Source of the DNA: Acidobacteriota bacterium
GTDB taxonomy: Bacteria; Acidobacteriota; Thermoanaerobaculia; UBA5066; Gp7-AA6
Length of the DNA: 64,000 nt
Direction of reading: 5' to 3'
NCBI GenBank assembly: GCA_020199905.1
Contig: JAIVJS010000075.1
Span: 4,521 to 68,520, forward strand
Shown here: positions 17,136-26,926 of the stretch, piece after piece
Layout of the letters: each line of letters begins with the position of its first letter
How positions within the stretch are numbered: the stretch's first letter is position 1
Notes under the pieces: generated by a model
Databases searched by the model: none
Told to the model about the DNA's origin: nothing
The model's input: the letters and a program-made list of their open reading frames with translations, nothing else
Translations under genes and position numbers: made by a program

Positions 17136-20100
17136 GTGCGCAAGACGCTGTGGATTTCGATGCCGCTTTTGGTATGGGCCGCTCTGGCGCCGGCCTTCGC
17201 GAGCGCGGCGGACAGCGCCCCGCTCTCCAGGAACGCCCCGCTCTCCAAGGACGAGGAGCGCCGACGCTTCCATCCGCATCGGGTGGGGACAGACCCCGCC
17301 GTCCGCGCGAAGGCCGCCGCGCAGCGCGAATCGATGGAGAAGGCGTCGCTCTTCGGAGCGCTCAAGTTCCGAAACGTCGGGCCCGAAATCCAGGGAGGAC
17401 GGGTGGTGGATCTGGCCGCGCCCTCCAATCATCCCGACTCGCTGGTCGTCGCCTTCGCCTCGGGAGGGCTCTGGCGCACCGATAACCGCGGGGGCACCTG
17501 GACGGCGCTTTTCGACTCGCAACCCACGCTGACGATCGGCGCGTTCGCCCTTGCGGACGGAGACGCCCGCACGATCTACGTGGGCACGGGCGAAGCGAAC
17601 TCGAGCCGTACGTCCTACGCGGGAACCGGGATGTACAAGACGACGGACGCCGGCCGCTCGTGGCAGAGCCTGGGGCTCGCGGACACGCACCACATCGCGC
17701 GCATCGTGGTCGACCCGCGGAGTCCGGACACGGTGCTCGTGGCGGCGATGGGCCACCTCTACACGGACAACCCGGAGCGCGGGGTGTATCGGAGCGCCGA
17801 CGGCGGACGCACCTGGTCGCGGACGCTCTTCGTCGATGATCGGACGGGCGCGATCGACATCGTAGCGGACCCGCGAAACCCGGACGTGGTGTACGCGGCG
17901 ACGTGGGAGCGCGCGCGGACGGCGGCGAACTTTCTCGAGAGCGGGCCGGGGAGCGGCATCTGGAAGTCGGCCGACGGCGGAAAGACATGGAAGCGCCTTT
18001 CGGGATCGCTTCCGTCCGGCGCGACCCTCGGCCGCATCGGGCTCGCGATCGCCGCGTCGCGGCCCGGCACGGTCTACGCCGTGCTCGATAACCAGGCCTT
18101 GCGCCCCGACACGGAGCCTTTCGACGAGGAAGCGCCTCCGGGCGACCTGACGCCGCGCCGTCTGAAGGCGCTCACTCCGGAAGCCTTCTCGCGGCTGGAC
18201 GACGCGACGGTCTCGCGGTTTCTCCAGCGCAACGATTTCCCGAAGACCGTGAAAGCCGCGAGGCTCAAGAAGGACGTGGCCGCCGGCAAGGTCACCGTCG
18301 CGGACCTGGTGGCGTATCTCAAGGACAGCAACCGCGACCTCTTCGAGAACGAGGTCGTCGGGCTCGAGGTCTATCGCACCGATGATGGCGGCGCGAGCTG
18401 GAAGAAGACGCACGCGGGGCGGATCGAGAAAGTCTTCTACTCCTACGGCTACTACTTCGCGCGCATCGCCGCGGACCCTTCCAATCCCGACCACATCTAC
18501 ATAGGCGGGGTCCCGATGATCGCGTCGACCGACGGCGGAAAGACGTTCAAGGGGATCGACCAGCGCGGGGTCCACGGCGATCACCACGCAATCTTCATCG
18601 ACCCGAAGACCCCGTCGCGTGTCGTGATCGGGAATGACGGTGGCATCAACATGTCCGGCGACGGAGGCGAGACCTGGACGAAGCTGAACAACATCCCCGT
18701 CGGCCAGTTCACAACGCTCGCGGTGGACGACGCGGAGCCGTACAACATCGTGGGAGGTTTGCAGGACAACGGCGTCATGCGCGGGCCGTCGACGTACCGC
18801 CCCGGCAAGACGGATCCGCAGGCGTGGAAATCGATCTGGGGAGGCGACGGAAGCTGCGTCGTCATCGACCCGAAGGACAGCAACATCATCTACGCCGCCG
18901 GACAGTTCGGCGCCTCCGGGCGGATCAACCTGAAGACCGGCGAGCGGCAGCGGCTGCGCCCGCGGCCCGAGCTGTCGGCGGCGAAGAAGGAAAAGCCGCT
19001 CCGCTACAACTGGATCACGCCATTTCTGCTCTCTCCGCACTCCCGCGAAATCCTCTATTACGGAACCAACCGCCTCTATCGCTCCTTCGACCGGGGCGAC
19101 ACGTGGACGGCGATCTCGGAGGAGTTGACCTCGAACCGCGAGCAGGGAGACGTCCCGTTCGGGACCATCACTTCCATCGCGGAATCACCGAAGCGCTTCG
19201 GGGTCCTCTTCGTGGGGACGGACGAAGGCCGGGTCCGGGGCTCGCGCGACGGGGGCAACACGTGGGCGGATCTCTCGAAAGGCCTGGCGCGCGACAAGTG
19301 GGTGACGCGCGTCATCGCTTCCGCGTTCGACGAGGGGACCGTCTACGTCTCGCAGAACGGCTATCGCGACGACGACTTCAGCGCGTACCTCTTCCGCTCG
19401 ACCGATTTCGGGAGGACCTGGCAGTCTCTCTCGGCGGGGCTTCCCGCCGAGCCGATCAACACGGTCCGGGAGGATCCCAAGGCGAGGCACCTCCTCTACG
19501 TCGGGACCGACTCGGGCGTCTTCGCCTCGCTCGACCGCGGCGCGACGTGGACGGCGCTGGCGGGAGGACTGCCGCGGGTGGCCGTGCACGACGTCGCGGT
19601 GCAGCCTCGGGAGGGCGATCTCGTGGTCGCGACCCACGGACGCAGCGTCTATGTCGCCGAGGCCGGGCCGCTGCGCCGCATGAAAGACGGGCCGCCGGCC
19701 GACCCGCTCGTCGCCTTTCCGATCAAGTCGCTCAAGCTGTCCGCCAGGAAGGGCTACGGCGATCACCCGTATTTCACGTGGGGCCGCGAGGACCCGGCCG
19801 TCCGGATCGCGTGGTGGTCGAAGACCGGCCAGCCCGTCTCCCTCTCGATCCAGGACGAGAACGGGAGTCCCTGGAAGGAGCTCACCGGTCCGGCCGCGAC
19901 CGGCTTCAACGTGATCGAGTACGACCTCTCCGCGGACCCGAAGCTCGCCGACGCCGCGGAAGCGAAGGCCCGCGAAAAAGCGCTGGCGGCCGCGAAATCC
20001 GGAGACGCCGCGGCGCCCGCCGCTCCCCATCCGGCGGCGGTCGCCGCCGACGCCGACGACGACGCGGAGCCCGCGAAAGCCGACGACGAAAAGCCCGCTG

Positions 20101-20282
20101 CCGGCCCGAAAAAACCGCTCGATCCGGATCTCTACCGGCTCCTGGAGGACCCGCTCCGGGCGACCCGAAAGCGATACCTGCCGCCCGGAACGTACTCCGT
20201 CCAGATCCGCTCGGGAAGCGCCTCGCAGAAGACGACGCTGCGGATCCTGCCAGAGCCGGAAGGGCGCTTTAGCGAGGACTAG
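17136..20282 (+). CDS. Secreted sortilin/VPS10-like BNR (Asp-box) repeat protein, paralog of 335-3415
   Basis: 1048 aa. GTG start after AGGAGG. Signal peptide MRKTLWISMPLLVWAALAPAFASAA. Asp-boxes TTDAGRSW, SADGGRTW, SADGGKTW, TDDGGASW, STDGGKTF, SGDGGETW, SRDGGNTW, STDFGRTW. Collinear with the first paralog, including the shared motif YDLSADPKLADAAEAKAREKA. Confidence 0.8.
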   Translation: MRKTLWISMPLLVWAALAPAFASAADSAPLSRNAPLSKDEERRRFHPHRVGTDPAVRAKAAAQRESMEKASLFGALKFRNVGPEIQGGRVVDLAAPSNHPDSLVVAFASGGLWRTDNRGGTWTALFDSQPTLTIGAFALADGDARTIYVGTGEANSSRTSYAGTGMYKTTDAGRSWQSLGLADTHHIARIVVDPRSPDTVLVAAMGHLYTDNPERGVYRSADGGRTWSRTLFVDDRTGAIDIVADPRNPDVVYAATWERARTAANFLESGPGSGIWKSADGGKTWKRLSGSLPSGATLGRIGLAIAASRPGTVYAVLDNQALRPDTEPFDEEAPPGDLTPRRLKALTPEAFSRLDDATVSRFLQRNDFPKTVKAARLKKDVAAGKVTVADLVAYLKDSNRDLFENEVVGLEVYRTDDGGASWKKTHAGRIEKVFYSYGYYFARIAADPSNPDHIYIGGVPMIASTDGGKTFKGIDQRGVHGDHHAIFIDPKTPSRVVIGNDGGINMSGDGGETWTKLNNIPVGQFTTLAVDDAEPYNIVGGLQDNGVMRGPSTYRPGKTDPQAWKSIWGGDGSCVVIDPKDSNIIYAAGQFGASGRINLKTGERQRLRPRPELSAAKKEKPLRYNWITPFLLSPHSREILYYGTNRLYRSFDRGDTWTAISEELTSNREQGDVPFGTITSIAESPKRFGVLFVGTDEGRVRGSRDGGNTWADLSKGLARDKWVTRVIASAFDEGTVYVSQNGYRDDDFSAYLFRSTDFGRTWQSLSAGLPAEPINTVREDPKARHLLYVGTDSGVFASLDRGATWTALAGGLPRVAVHDVAVQPREGDLVVATHGRSVYVAEAGPLRRMKDGPPADPLVAFPIKSLKLSARKGYGDHPYFTWGREDPAVRIAWWSKTGQPVSLSIQDENGSPWKELTGPAATGFNVIEYDLSADPKLADAAEAKAREKALAAAKSGDAAAPAAPHPAAVAADADDDAEPAKADDEKPAAGPKKPLDPDLYRLLEDPLRATRKRYLPPGTYSVQIRSGSASQKTTLRILPEPEGRFSED

Positions 20283-20288
20283 GCGACG

Positions 20289-20360
20289 GTTGAGCTTTGA
20301 GCGTCAAACGTTGAGCGTCAAACGGAGGAGAACGAAGTCCCGAGGATAACTGAAAACTCA
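20289..20360. repeat. Heptamer-periodic intergenic element (TTGAGCG/TCAAACG units then AACTGAAAACTCA)
   Basis: GTTGAGCTTTGAGCGTCAAACGTTGAGCGTCAAACGGAGGAG...GATAACTGAAAACTCACG, immediately after the BNR paralog stop. Confidence 0.55.
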
Positions 20361-20672
20361 CGACCCTACGGCGCACTCCAGCGCGCGAGAAATCGCGCGT
20401 GCGACGAGTAGCGGATGACCTCGCGCCGGGGGCTCGGCGGGCCCAGCTGCTCCGCGAAGCCCTTGTTGGATAGCTCCGGAAGCCTTTCGAGGTCGGGAGG
20501 GTCGATCCGGATTCCCCGGGGGCCTCGTACGATCTTGCTCCTTCGTTCCTGCATGGGACCTTTCATTCTAGTCCTAAAACGGGCACGGCGTCCCGCGGCT
20601 TGAGACAGGAGGAAGCAAGAGTCGGGCCGCGGATCCAAGCGGCAAAGTTTTTGCTGTTCGCGGCAAAGGGAA

Positions 20673-22568
20673 ATGAAAGACGCTCGATCGCAACGCCTCG
20701 GAAAGAGTGCGGAACGTCGTCGGCGCCGGCCGCGGTTCTCCGCGCTCCTGTTCCTTTTTCCCGTCACCGCGCTCCTCGCGGCGGCGGCCTGCAAAGGTCC
20801 CGCGCCTCCTGGAGGCGCGGGCGTCCCGGCGGCCGGTCCGGCGTCCGGGTCGGCTGGATCCATCCCCTTCCCGGAGCCCGACGAGTCCTCGTGGATCCGT
20901 CCGGCGAAGGACTTTTCGAGCAGTCGCTACAGCACGCTCGACCAGATCAAGTCCGACAACGTCGCGAATTTGAAGCTCGCGTTCACGTTTTCGACCGGCA
21001 TCAACAAGGGGCACGAAGCGGCGCCCCTCGTGGTCAACGGCACGATGTACATCGTCACGCCCTACCCGAATTACCTCTACGCGCTGGATCTGACCTCGCC
21101 GGGCGCGCCCGCGAAGTGGACCTATAAGCCGAAGACCATCCCGTCGGCCCAGGGGGTGGCATGCTGCGACGTGGTCAACCGCGGCGCCGTCTACGGGAAG
21201 GGGCGCATCTACTACAACACCCTCGACGACCAGACGGTCGCCGTGGACGCCGCGACGGGGCAGGAGGTCTGGCGCACCCGGGTCGGGGACATCAACCACG
21301 GCGAGTCGATCACGATGGCGCCGCTCCTCGTCAAAGGCAAGGTCCTCGTCGGAAACAGCGGCGGCGAGTTCGGCGTGAGAGGCTGGTTGACGGCGCTCGA
21401 CGAAGACACGGGCAAGGTCGCATGGCGCGCCTGGAGCACCGGGCCCGACAAGGACGTCCTGATCGGCTCCCGGTTCAAGCCTTTTTACGCCTCCGACCGC
21501 GGCGCCGACCTCGGAGTCTCGAGCTGGCCCGGCGACATGTGGAAGATCGGCGGAGGGACGGTGTGGGGCTGGATTTCCTATGACCCGCAGCTGAACCTGA
21601 TCTATTACGGAACGTCGAATCCGGGTCCGTGGAACCCGGACCAGCGGCCGGGCGACAACAAGTGGACGGCGGCGATCTTCGCGCGCGACCCCGACGACGG
21701 CCAGGCGGTGTGGGCCTACCAGTGGAGCCCGCACGACCTCTTCGACTACGACGGGGTCAACGAAAACGTGCTGGTCGATCTTCCGATCGGAGGCCGGACC
21801 CGCAAGACTCTCCTGAGGGCCGACCGCGACGGCTTTCTGTACGTGCTCGACCGCGAGACCGGGGAGATCATCTCCGCCACGCCGTTCGCCTACACCACGA
21901 CGCGGACGGGCGTCGATTTGAAGAGCGGCCGCCCGATCGAAGTCGCCGAGAAGACCCCGCACGTCGGCACGACGACGCGCGGGATCTGCCCCGCCGCGCC
22001 CGGGGGGAAGGACTGGCAGCCGTCCGCCTTCTCTCCGCGAACGGGCCTCCTCTACATCCCCCACAACAACCTCTGCCAGGACGAAGAGGGCGTTCAGGCG
22101 AACTACATCGAAGGAACCCCGTACGTCGGAGCGAACGTGAAGATGTACGCGGGGCCGGGCGGGCACCGGGGCGAGTTCACCGCGTGGGACCCGATCGCCG
22201 CGCGGCCCGTCTGGAAGATCAAGGAGAAGTTCCCGGCGTGGAGTGGCGCCCTGGCGACGGCCGGCGACGTCGTCTTCTACGGGACGATGGAGGGCTGGTT
22301 CCAGGCAGTGGACGCGCGGTCGGGCAAGCTCCTGTGGCGATTCAAGTGCGGCTCGGGAATCATCGGCCAGCCGATCACGTATCGCGGGCCGGACGGCAAG
22401 CAGTACGTCGCGATCCTGTCCGGCGTCGGGGGGTGGGCGGGCGCTATCGTCGCGAACAACCTCGACCCGCGCGACGGAACCGCGGCGTTGGGATTCGTCA
22501 ACGCCATGGGCGATCTCCCGACGGCGACGACCGCCGGCGGGATGCTGTACGTCTTCGCCCTGCCATGA
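20673..22568 (+). CDS. xoxF: PQQ-dependent methanol/alcohol dehydrogenase, XoxF-type (lanthanide-dependent signature)
   Basis: 631 aa, 8-bladed PQQ propeller. Vicinal disulfide GVACCDVVNRG. Metal/PQQ-site region PHDLFDYDGVNE has Asp at the position that is Ala in Ca-MxaF (DYAG). This is the known lanthanide-coordinating Asp of XoxF/PedH enzymes. Also carries the W-rich docking motifs. N-terminal export signal with RRRRRPRF. Confidence 0.9.
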   Translation: MKDARSQRLGKSAERRRRRPRFSALLFLFPVTALLAAAACKGPAPPGGAGVPAAGPASGSAGSIPFPEPDESSWIRPAKDFSSSRYSTLDQIKSDNVANLKLAFTFSTGINKGHEAAPLVVNGTMYIVTPYPNYLYALDLTSPGAPAKWTYKPKTIPSAQGVACCDVVNRGAVYGKGRIYYNTLDDQTVAVDAATGQEVWRTRVGDINHGESITMAPLLVKGKVLVGNSGGEFGVRGWLTALDEDTGKVAWRAWSTGPDKDVLIGSRFKPFYASDRGADLGVSSWPGDMWKIGGGTVWGWISYDPQLNLIYYGTSNPGPWNPDQRPGDNKWTAAIFARDPDDGQAVWAYQWSPHDLFDYDGVNENVLVDLPIGGRTRKTLLRADRDGFLYVLDRETGEIISATPFAYTTTRTGVDLKSGRPIEVAEKTPHVGTTTRGICPAAPGGKDWQPSAFSPRTGLLYIPHNNLCQDEEGVQANYIEGTPYVGANVKMYAGPGGHRGEFTAWDPIAARPVWKIKEKFPAWSGALATAGDVVFYGTMEGWFQAVDARSGKLLWRFKCGSGIIGQPITYRGPDGKQYVAILSGVGGWAGAIVANNLDPRDGTAALGFVNAMGDLPTATTAGGMLYVFALP

Positions 22569-23455
22569 CGATCCGTCGCGTCACCCCTCTTCTCTTCGCG
22601 CTCCTCCTCGGAGCCATCGCCACGCCCGCGATCGGATTTGAGCTACGTGTCTGCGCCGACCCGAACAACCTGCCCTTCTCGAACGACCGGCTCCACGGGT
22701 TCGAGAACAGGATTGCGTCCGTGCTCGCCCGCGAGATGGGAACGACCGTCCGATACACGTGGTGGGCGCAGCGACGCGGGTTCGTGCGCAACACGCTGAA
22801 GGCGGGCTTGTGCGACGTCGTCCTCGGGGTCCCGGCGGGGCTCGAGTCGGTGCTGGCCACGCGCCCGTATTACCGGTCGACCTACGTCTGGGTGTCGCGG
22901 CGCTCGCGCGAGGCTCCCGTGACGTCCTTCGACGACCCCCGCCTCGCCCGGAAAAAGATCGGCGTCCAGCTCGTCGGCGACGATTATGCGAACACGCCCC
23001 CGGCGCACGCTCTCATGCGACGGGGCCTCATCGGCAACGTGGTCGGGTTCACGCTGTACGGCGACTACTCGAAGCCCAATCCCCCCGCCCGGATTCTCGA
23101 GGCGGTGGCGGCCGGCGAGGTGGACGTCGCGCTCGTCTGGGGGCCACTCGCGGGCTACTTCGCCAGCCGCAGCGGAGGCGCGCTCCGGATCGTACCGGCT
23201 GCGCCGCCGGCCGATCTCCCGGATTTCCCTTTCGCCTTCGACATCGCGATGGGAGTCCGGCGAGGCGACAAGGACTTCAAGACCCGGCTCGATCTCGCGC
23301 TCCTTCGCCGGCGCGCGGAAATCGACCGGATTCTCGATTCGTACGGGGTTCCGCGCGTCAGGACCGCGCCCGCGCCGCGCGCCGACGTGGCAGGGCGGGC
23401 GGCAGGCGCCGACGTGGCGGCGCGGGGGCTCGCGTCCGCGGAGGCCGGGCGATGA
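22566..23455 (+). CDS. xoxJ: MxaJ/XoxJ-like periplasmic solute-binding protein (quinoprotein dehydrogenase-associated SBP family 3)
   Basis: ATG overlaps the xoxF stop (ATGA). Signal peptide MTIRRVTPLLFALLLGAIATPA. LRVCADPNNLPFSN start is typical of MxaJ/XoxJ. ~296 aa. Confidence 0.75.
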
Positions 23456-23967
23456 GAAGCAAACGGGCAGGCCGGCAGCTTCTCGTTTGCGCTGCCCTGG
23501 CGGTCCTGCCGGTCGGGTGCGACAAGCTCTCGAACTCCCTGCACCAGCCGCCCTCCGCGACCGTGCGCACCGACGCGATCGCCGTGTCCGCGCTCGAGCC
23601 CGGCGCGCGGATGCCCGGGATCGTGCACAAGAACCCGCTCGAGGGAAATCCATTCGCCATCTCCGAGGGGCAGCGGCTCTACGACTGGTACAACTGCTCC
23701 GGCTGCCACTTCCGCGGCGGAGGCGGCATCGGTCCGCCCCTGATGGACGAGTTCTGGATCTACGGCGGCAATCCCGCGAACATCTATACGACGATCGTCG
23801 AGGGGCGCCCGAACGGCATGCCCGCTTTCCGGGGAAAGATCCCCGACTATCAGCTCTGGCAGATCGTCGCCTACGTCCAGAGCATGCGCGCCGACAAGCC
23901 GATCGCGTCTCCGCCGGGTCCGCGGGAGGACCACCTGCAGGCCTCGGAAGGCAAGGAGTCGCGGTGA
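23452..23967 (+). CDS. Mono-heme c-type cytochrome (candidate XoxG-like electron acceptor of XoxF)
   Basis: ATG overlaps the xoxJ stop (ATGA). Signal/lipoprotein-like N-terminus MRSKRAGRQLLVCAALAVLPVGC. Single CxxCH (CSGCH) and downstream Met (NGMPAF) as candidate sixth ligand. 171 aa. Confidence 0.7.
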   Translation: MRSKRAGRQLLVCAALAVLPVGCDKLSNSLHQPPSATVRTDAIAVSALEPGARMPGIVHKNPLEGNPFAISEGQRLYDWYNCSGCHFRGGGGIGPPLMDEFWIYGGNPANIYTTIVEGRPNGMPAFRGKIPDYQLWQIVAYVQSMRADKPIASPPGPREDHLQASEGKESR

Positions 23968-24965
23968 GCCGGCGGAGCGGCCTGCCGGCCGCGGCCGCGG
24001 CCCTCCTCTGCGCGGCTCTCTCCGGGTGCCGGGGAATCCAGTCGTCTCTCGACCCCGCCGGCCGCGAGGCCGCGAAGATTTCCGGGCTCTGGTGGCTCTT
24101 CTTCTACGTCTGCACGGCCGTGTTCGTCCTCGTGCTCGCCTTTCTCTTCTACGGGGTCTTCCGGCGGCGTTCGGAAGACGCGCTTGGGGCGCGGGAGCGC
24201 GGCAAGACCTACGTCGCAATCGGCGCGGGCGCGACCGCGGCGATCCTCCTCCTGTTCCTGGTCGTCAGCGTTTCCGCGGGGCGGGAGATCGCGGAGCCCG
24301 CGGGACCCGACGCGCTCAAGGTGCAGGTGATCGGACACCAATGGTGGTGGGAGGTCCGGTATCCAGCGTCCCCCGCGAACCGGACGGTCGTCACCGCGAA
24401 CGAGATCCACGTGCCGGTTGGACGGCCCGTTTTCCTGGAGCTTCTCTCGGGCGACGTGATCCACAGCTTCTGGGCGCCGAACCTCCACGGGAAAAAGGAC
24501 CTCATCCCCGGGCGGATCAACAGCCACGCGTTCACCGCGAAGAAGGCCGGCGTGTTCCGAGGGCAGTGCGCCGAGTTCTGCGGCCTCCAGCATGCCCACA
24601 TGGCCTTCACGATTTTCGCGGAGACGCCGGAGCGCTACTCGGCGTGGTACGAGAAGCAGCTCGCGCCCGCCGCGGAGCCTTCGACCCCGTCGCAGGAGAG
24701 GGGACGGCAGGTCTTCGTCTCCAATTCCTGCGTCTTCTGCCATGCGATCCAGGGCACGCCCGCGTTCGGGCAGGTCGCGCCTGACCTCACGCACGTCGGC
24801 GGGCGCGGGACGCTCGCCGCCGGCAGCGTCGCGAACAATCCGGGAAACCTGGCCGGCTGGATCGCCGACCCGCAGAGCATCAAGCCCGGCAACCACATGC
24901 CGCCGATGCTGATGGCACCCGAAGACCTGCTCGCGGTGACCGACTACCTGGAGAGCTTGAAGTGA
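23964..24965 (+). CDS. ctaC: Cytochrome c oxidase subunit II with fused C-terminal cytochrome c domain (caa3-type)
   Basis: GTG overlaps the upstream stop (GTGA). Two TM helices. CuA site HSFWAPNLHGKKD...CAEFCGLQHAHM. C-terminal CVFCH heme c motif and MPPM. Confidence 0.9.
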   Translation: MSRRSGLPAAAAALLCAALSGCRGIQSSLDPAGREAAKISGLWWLFFYVCTAVFVLVLAFLFYGVFRRRSEDALGARERGKTYVAIGAGATAAILLLFLVVSVSAGREIAEPAGPDALKVQVIGHQWWWEVRYPASPANRTVVTANEIHVPVGRPVFLELLSGDVIHSFWAPNLHGKKDLIPGRINSHAFTAKKAGVFRGQCAEFCGLQHAHMAFTIFAETPERYSAWYEKQLAPAAEPSTPSQERGRQVFVSNSCVFCHAIQGTPAFGQVAPDLTHVGGRGTLAAGSVANNPGNLAGWIADPQSIKPGNHMPPMLMAPEDLLAVTDYLESLK

Positions 24966-26926
24966 AGACGTCCCGGGAGCCCGTCCGGAAGCCGCCCGCG
25001 GCCCCCGAGCCCGCGCCGCTGCCCGCCGCCCTTCCCGAAGCCGAGCTTCCGGCTCACGAGCGCGAAGAGCTGCGCCGCGCCTTCGAGACCCAGCGCGGTT
25101 TCTTCGGCTCCCTGAAGTCCGTCGACCACAAGGTGATCGGGAAGCGCTACGTGATCACCGCGCTCGTCTTCTTTGTCCTGGGCGGCATCGAAGCGATGAC
25201 GATGCGGCTGCAGCTCGCAAAGCCCGAAAACAGCCTTCTGGGCCCGGACCTGTACAACCAGGTCTTCACGATGCACGGCACGACGATGATGTTTCTGTTT
25301 GCCGTGCCGGTGATGGAAGGGCTCGCCGTCTACTTCGTCCCGCTCATGGTGGGCACCAGGAACGTCGCGTTCCCGAAGCTGAACGCCTTCGGGTACTGGA
25401 TCTATGTCCTCGGCGGCGCGTTCGTCTACGGCGGGTTCTTCTTAAACCGCGGCAACGACACGGGCTGGTTCTCCTACGTCCCGCTCTCCGGCCCGCAGTA
25501 CGCGCCGTCTCATCGCGTCGACATCTGGGCGAACATGATCACCTTCACGGAGGTGTCCGCGCTCGCGGTGGCGATCGAGATCATCGTCACGGCGTTCAAA
25601 CAGCGGGCGCCCGGCATGTCGCTGAATCGCATCCCGCTCTTCGTCTGGTCGGTCATAACGACGAATTTCATGGTCATCTTCGCCATGCCGGCCGTCATGC
25701 TCGCGAGCGGGTACCTCGCTCTCGACCGCCTCGTCGGTACCCACTTCTTCAACCCCGCCGAGGGCGGCGACCCGCTCCTGTATCAGCACCTCTTCTGGTT
25801 CTTCGGCCATCCCGAGGTCTACATCATTTTCATCCCCGCGCTCGGGATGGTCTCGACGATCCTGGCCGCCTCGACGAAGCGCCCGATCTTCGGCTACACC
25901 GCGCTCGTGCTCTCGGTGGTGGCGACGGCGTTCCTGGGCTTCGGCCTGTGGGTTCACCACATGTTCGCGACCGGGCTGCCGCAGCTCGGCGAGAGCTTCT
26001 TCACGGTGGCCAGCATGATGATCGCGATACCGAGCGGGGTGCAGATCTTCTGCTGGATACGATCGCTCTGGGGAAGCCGGCCGCGCATGACGACCCCGTT
26101 CCTGTTCGTGCTCGGCTTCTTCTTCATCTTCATCGCGGGAGGGATGACAGGGGTGATGCTCGCCTCCGTTCCCTTCAACCTCCAGGTGCACGACACGTTT
26201 TTCGTGGTGGCGCACTTCCACTACGTGCTGATCGGCGGCGCGGTCTTCCCGCTCTTTGGCGCGCTCACGTTCTGGTTTCCGAAGCTCACCGGCCGGCTGC
26301 TTTCGGAGACTCTCGGCCGCTGGACGTTTGCGGTGATGTTCGTCGGATTCAACCTAACGTTCGGCCCGATGCACTGGCTTGGCTTCCGCGGGATGCCGCG
26401 ACGCGTCTACACGTACCTGCCCGAGATGGGGTGGGGACCCGCTAATCTCGCGGCGACCATCGGGGCGGGAATGCTCGGAGTCGGCGTGCTCCTCTTCCTG
26501 ATCAACGCGGCCCGGAGCCTCCGGAGCGGCGAGGCGGCCGGCAACAATCCGTGGGGCGCGAGCACGCTCGAATGGGCGACGAGCTCGCCTCCGCCGCCCT
26601 ACAATTTCGAGCGGATCCTGGTTGTCTCGAACCGCGACCCGCTCTGGAAGCCGGAGGAGATGGCCGTTGTCACCGGGATGCGGACGGACCGCCGCGAGGT
26701 TTTGACGACCCGGCCGCTCGATGCGGAGCCGGACCACCGCGCCGTGCTCGTCGGCCCCTCGATCTGGCCGCTCTTCCTCGCGTTCGCCCTGGCGGTCGGC
26801 CTCGTAGGCTCGGTCTTCACCCCCTGGGCAATCCTCCTCAGCGGGTTCCTGTTCTTAGTCGCGATGATCGGGTGGTACTGGCCCAAGGGAGAGCCCTCCG
26901 GCCACAACGCGAGGACGGCGTCATGA
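24962..26926 (+). CDS. ctaD: Cytochrome c oxidase subunit I (heme-copper oxidase catalytic subunit)
   Basis: 654 aa. GTG overlaps the ctaC stop. 12+ TM helices. Canonical WFFGHPEVY with CuB His and Tyr. HHMF. Heme a ligands. Confidence 0.95.
   Translation: MKTSREPVRKPPAAPEPAPLPAALPEAELPAHEREELRRAFETQRGFFGSLKSVDHKVIGKRYVITALVFFVLGGIEAMTMRLQLAKPENSLLGPDLYNQVFTMHGTTMMFLFAVPVMEGLAVYFVPLMVGTRNVAFPKLNAFGYWIYVLGGAFVYGGFFLNRGNDTGWFSYVPLSGPQYAPSHRVDIWANMITFTEVSALAVAIEIIVTAFKQRAPGMSLNRIPLFVWSVITTNFMVIFAMPAVMLASGYLALDRLVGTHFFNPAEGGDPLLYQHLFWFFGHPEVYIIFIPALGMVSTILAASTKRPIFGYTALVLSVVATAFLGFGLWVHHMFATGLPQLGESFFTVASMMIAIPSGVQIFCWIRSLWGSRPRMTTPFLFVLGFFFIFIAGGMTGVMLASVPFNLQVHDTFFVVAHFHYVLIGGAVFPLFGALTFWFPKLTGRLLSETLGRWTFAVMFVGFNLTFGPMHWLGFRGMPRRVYTYLPEMGWGPANLAATIGAGMLGVGVLLFLINAARSLRSGEAAGNNPWGASTLEWATSSPPPPYNFERILVVSNRDPLWKPEEMAVVTGMRTDRREVLTTRPLDAEPDHRAVLVGPSIWPLFLAFALAVGLVGSVFTPWAILLSGFLFLVAMIGWYWPKGEPSGHNARTAS

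Noticed and set aside
16848-19040. 730-aa minus-strand ORF
   Set aside because: Antisense to the second BNR/sortilin gene. Low-complexity Arg/Asp-rich translation.
20366-20566. Small minus-strand ORF (63 aa, MQERRSKIVRG...) in the BNR2/xoxF spacer
   Set aside because: No RBS, basic low-complexity translation, overlaps the repeat element region.
20560-20600. Sigma-54 promoter upstream of xoxF (GGGCACGgcgtCCCGC)
   Set aside because: The -12 element does not match TTGC(W). Spacing is approximate. Kept only as a weak note.
20574-22166. 530-aa minus-strand ORF
   Set aside because: Antisense to xoxF. No motifs, biased composition.
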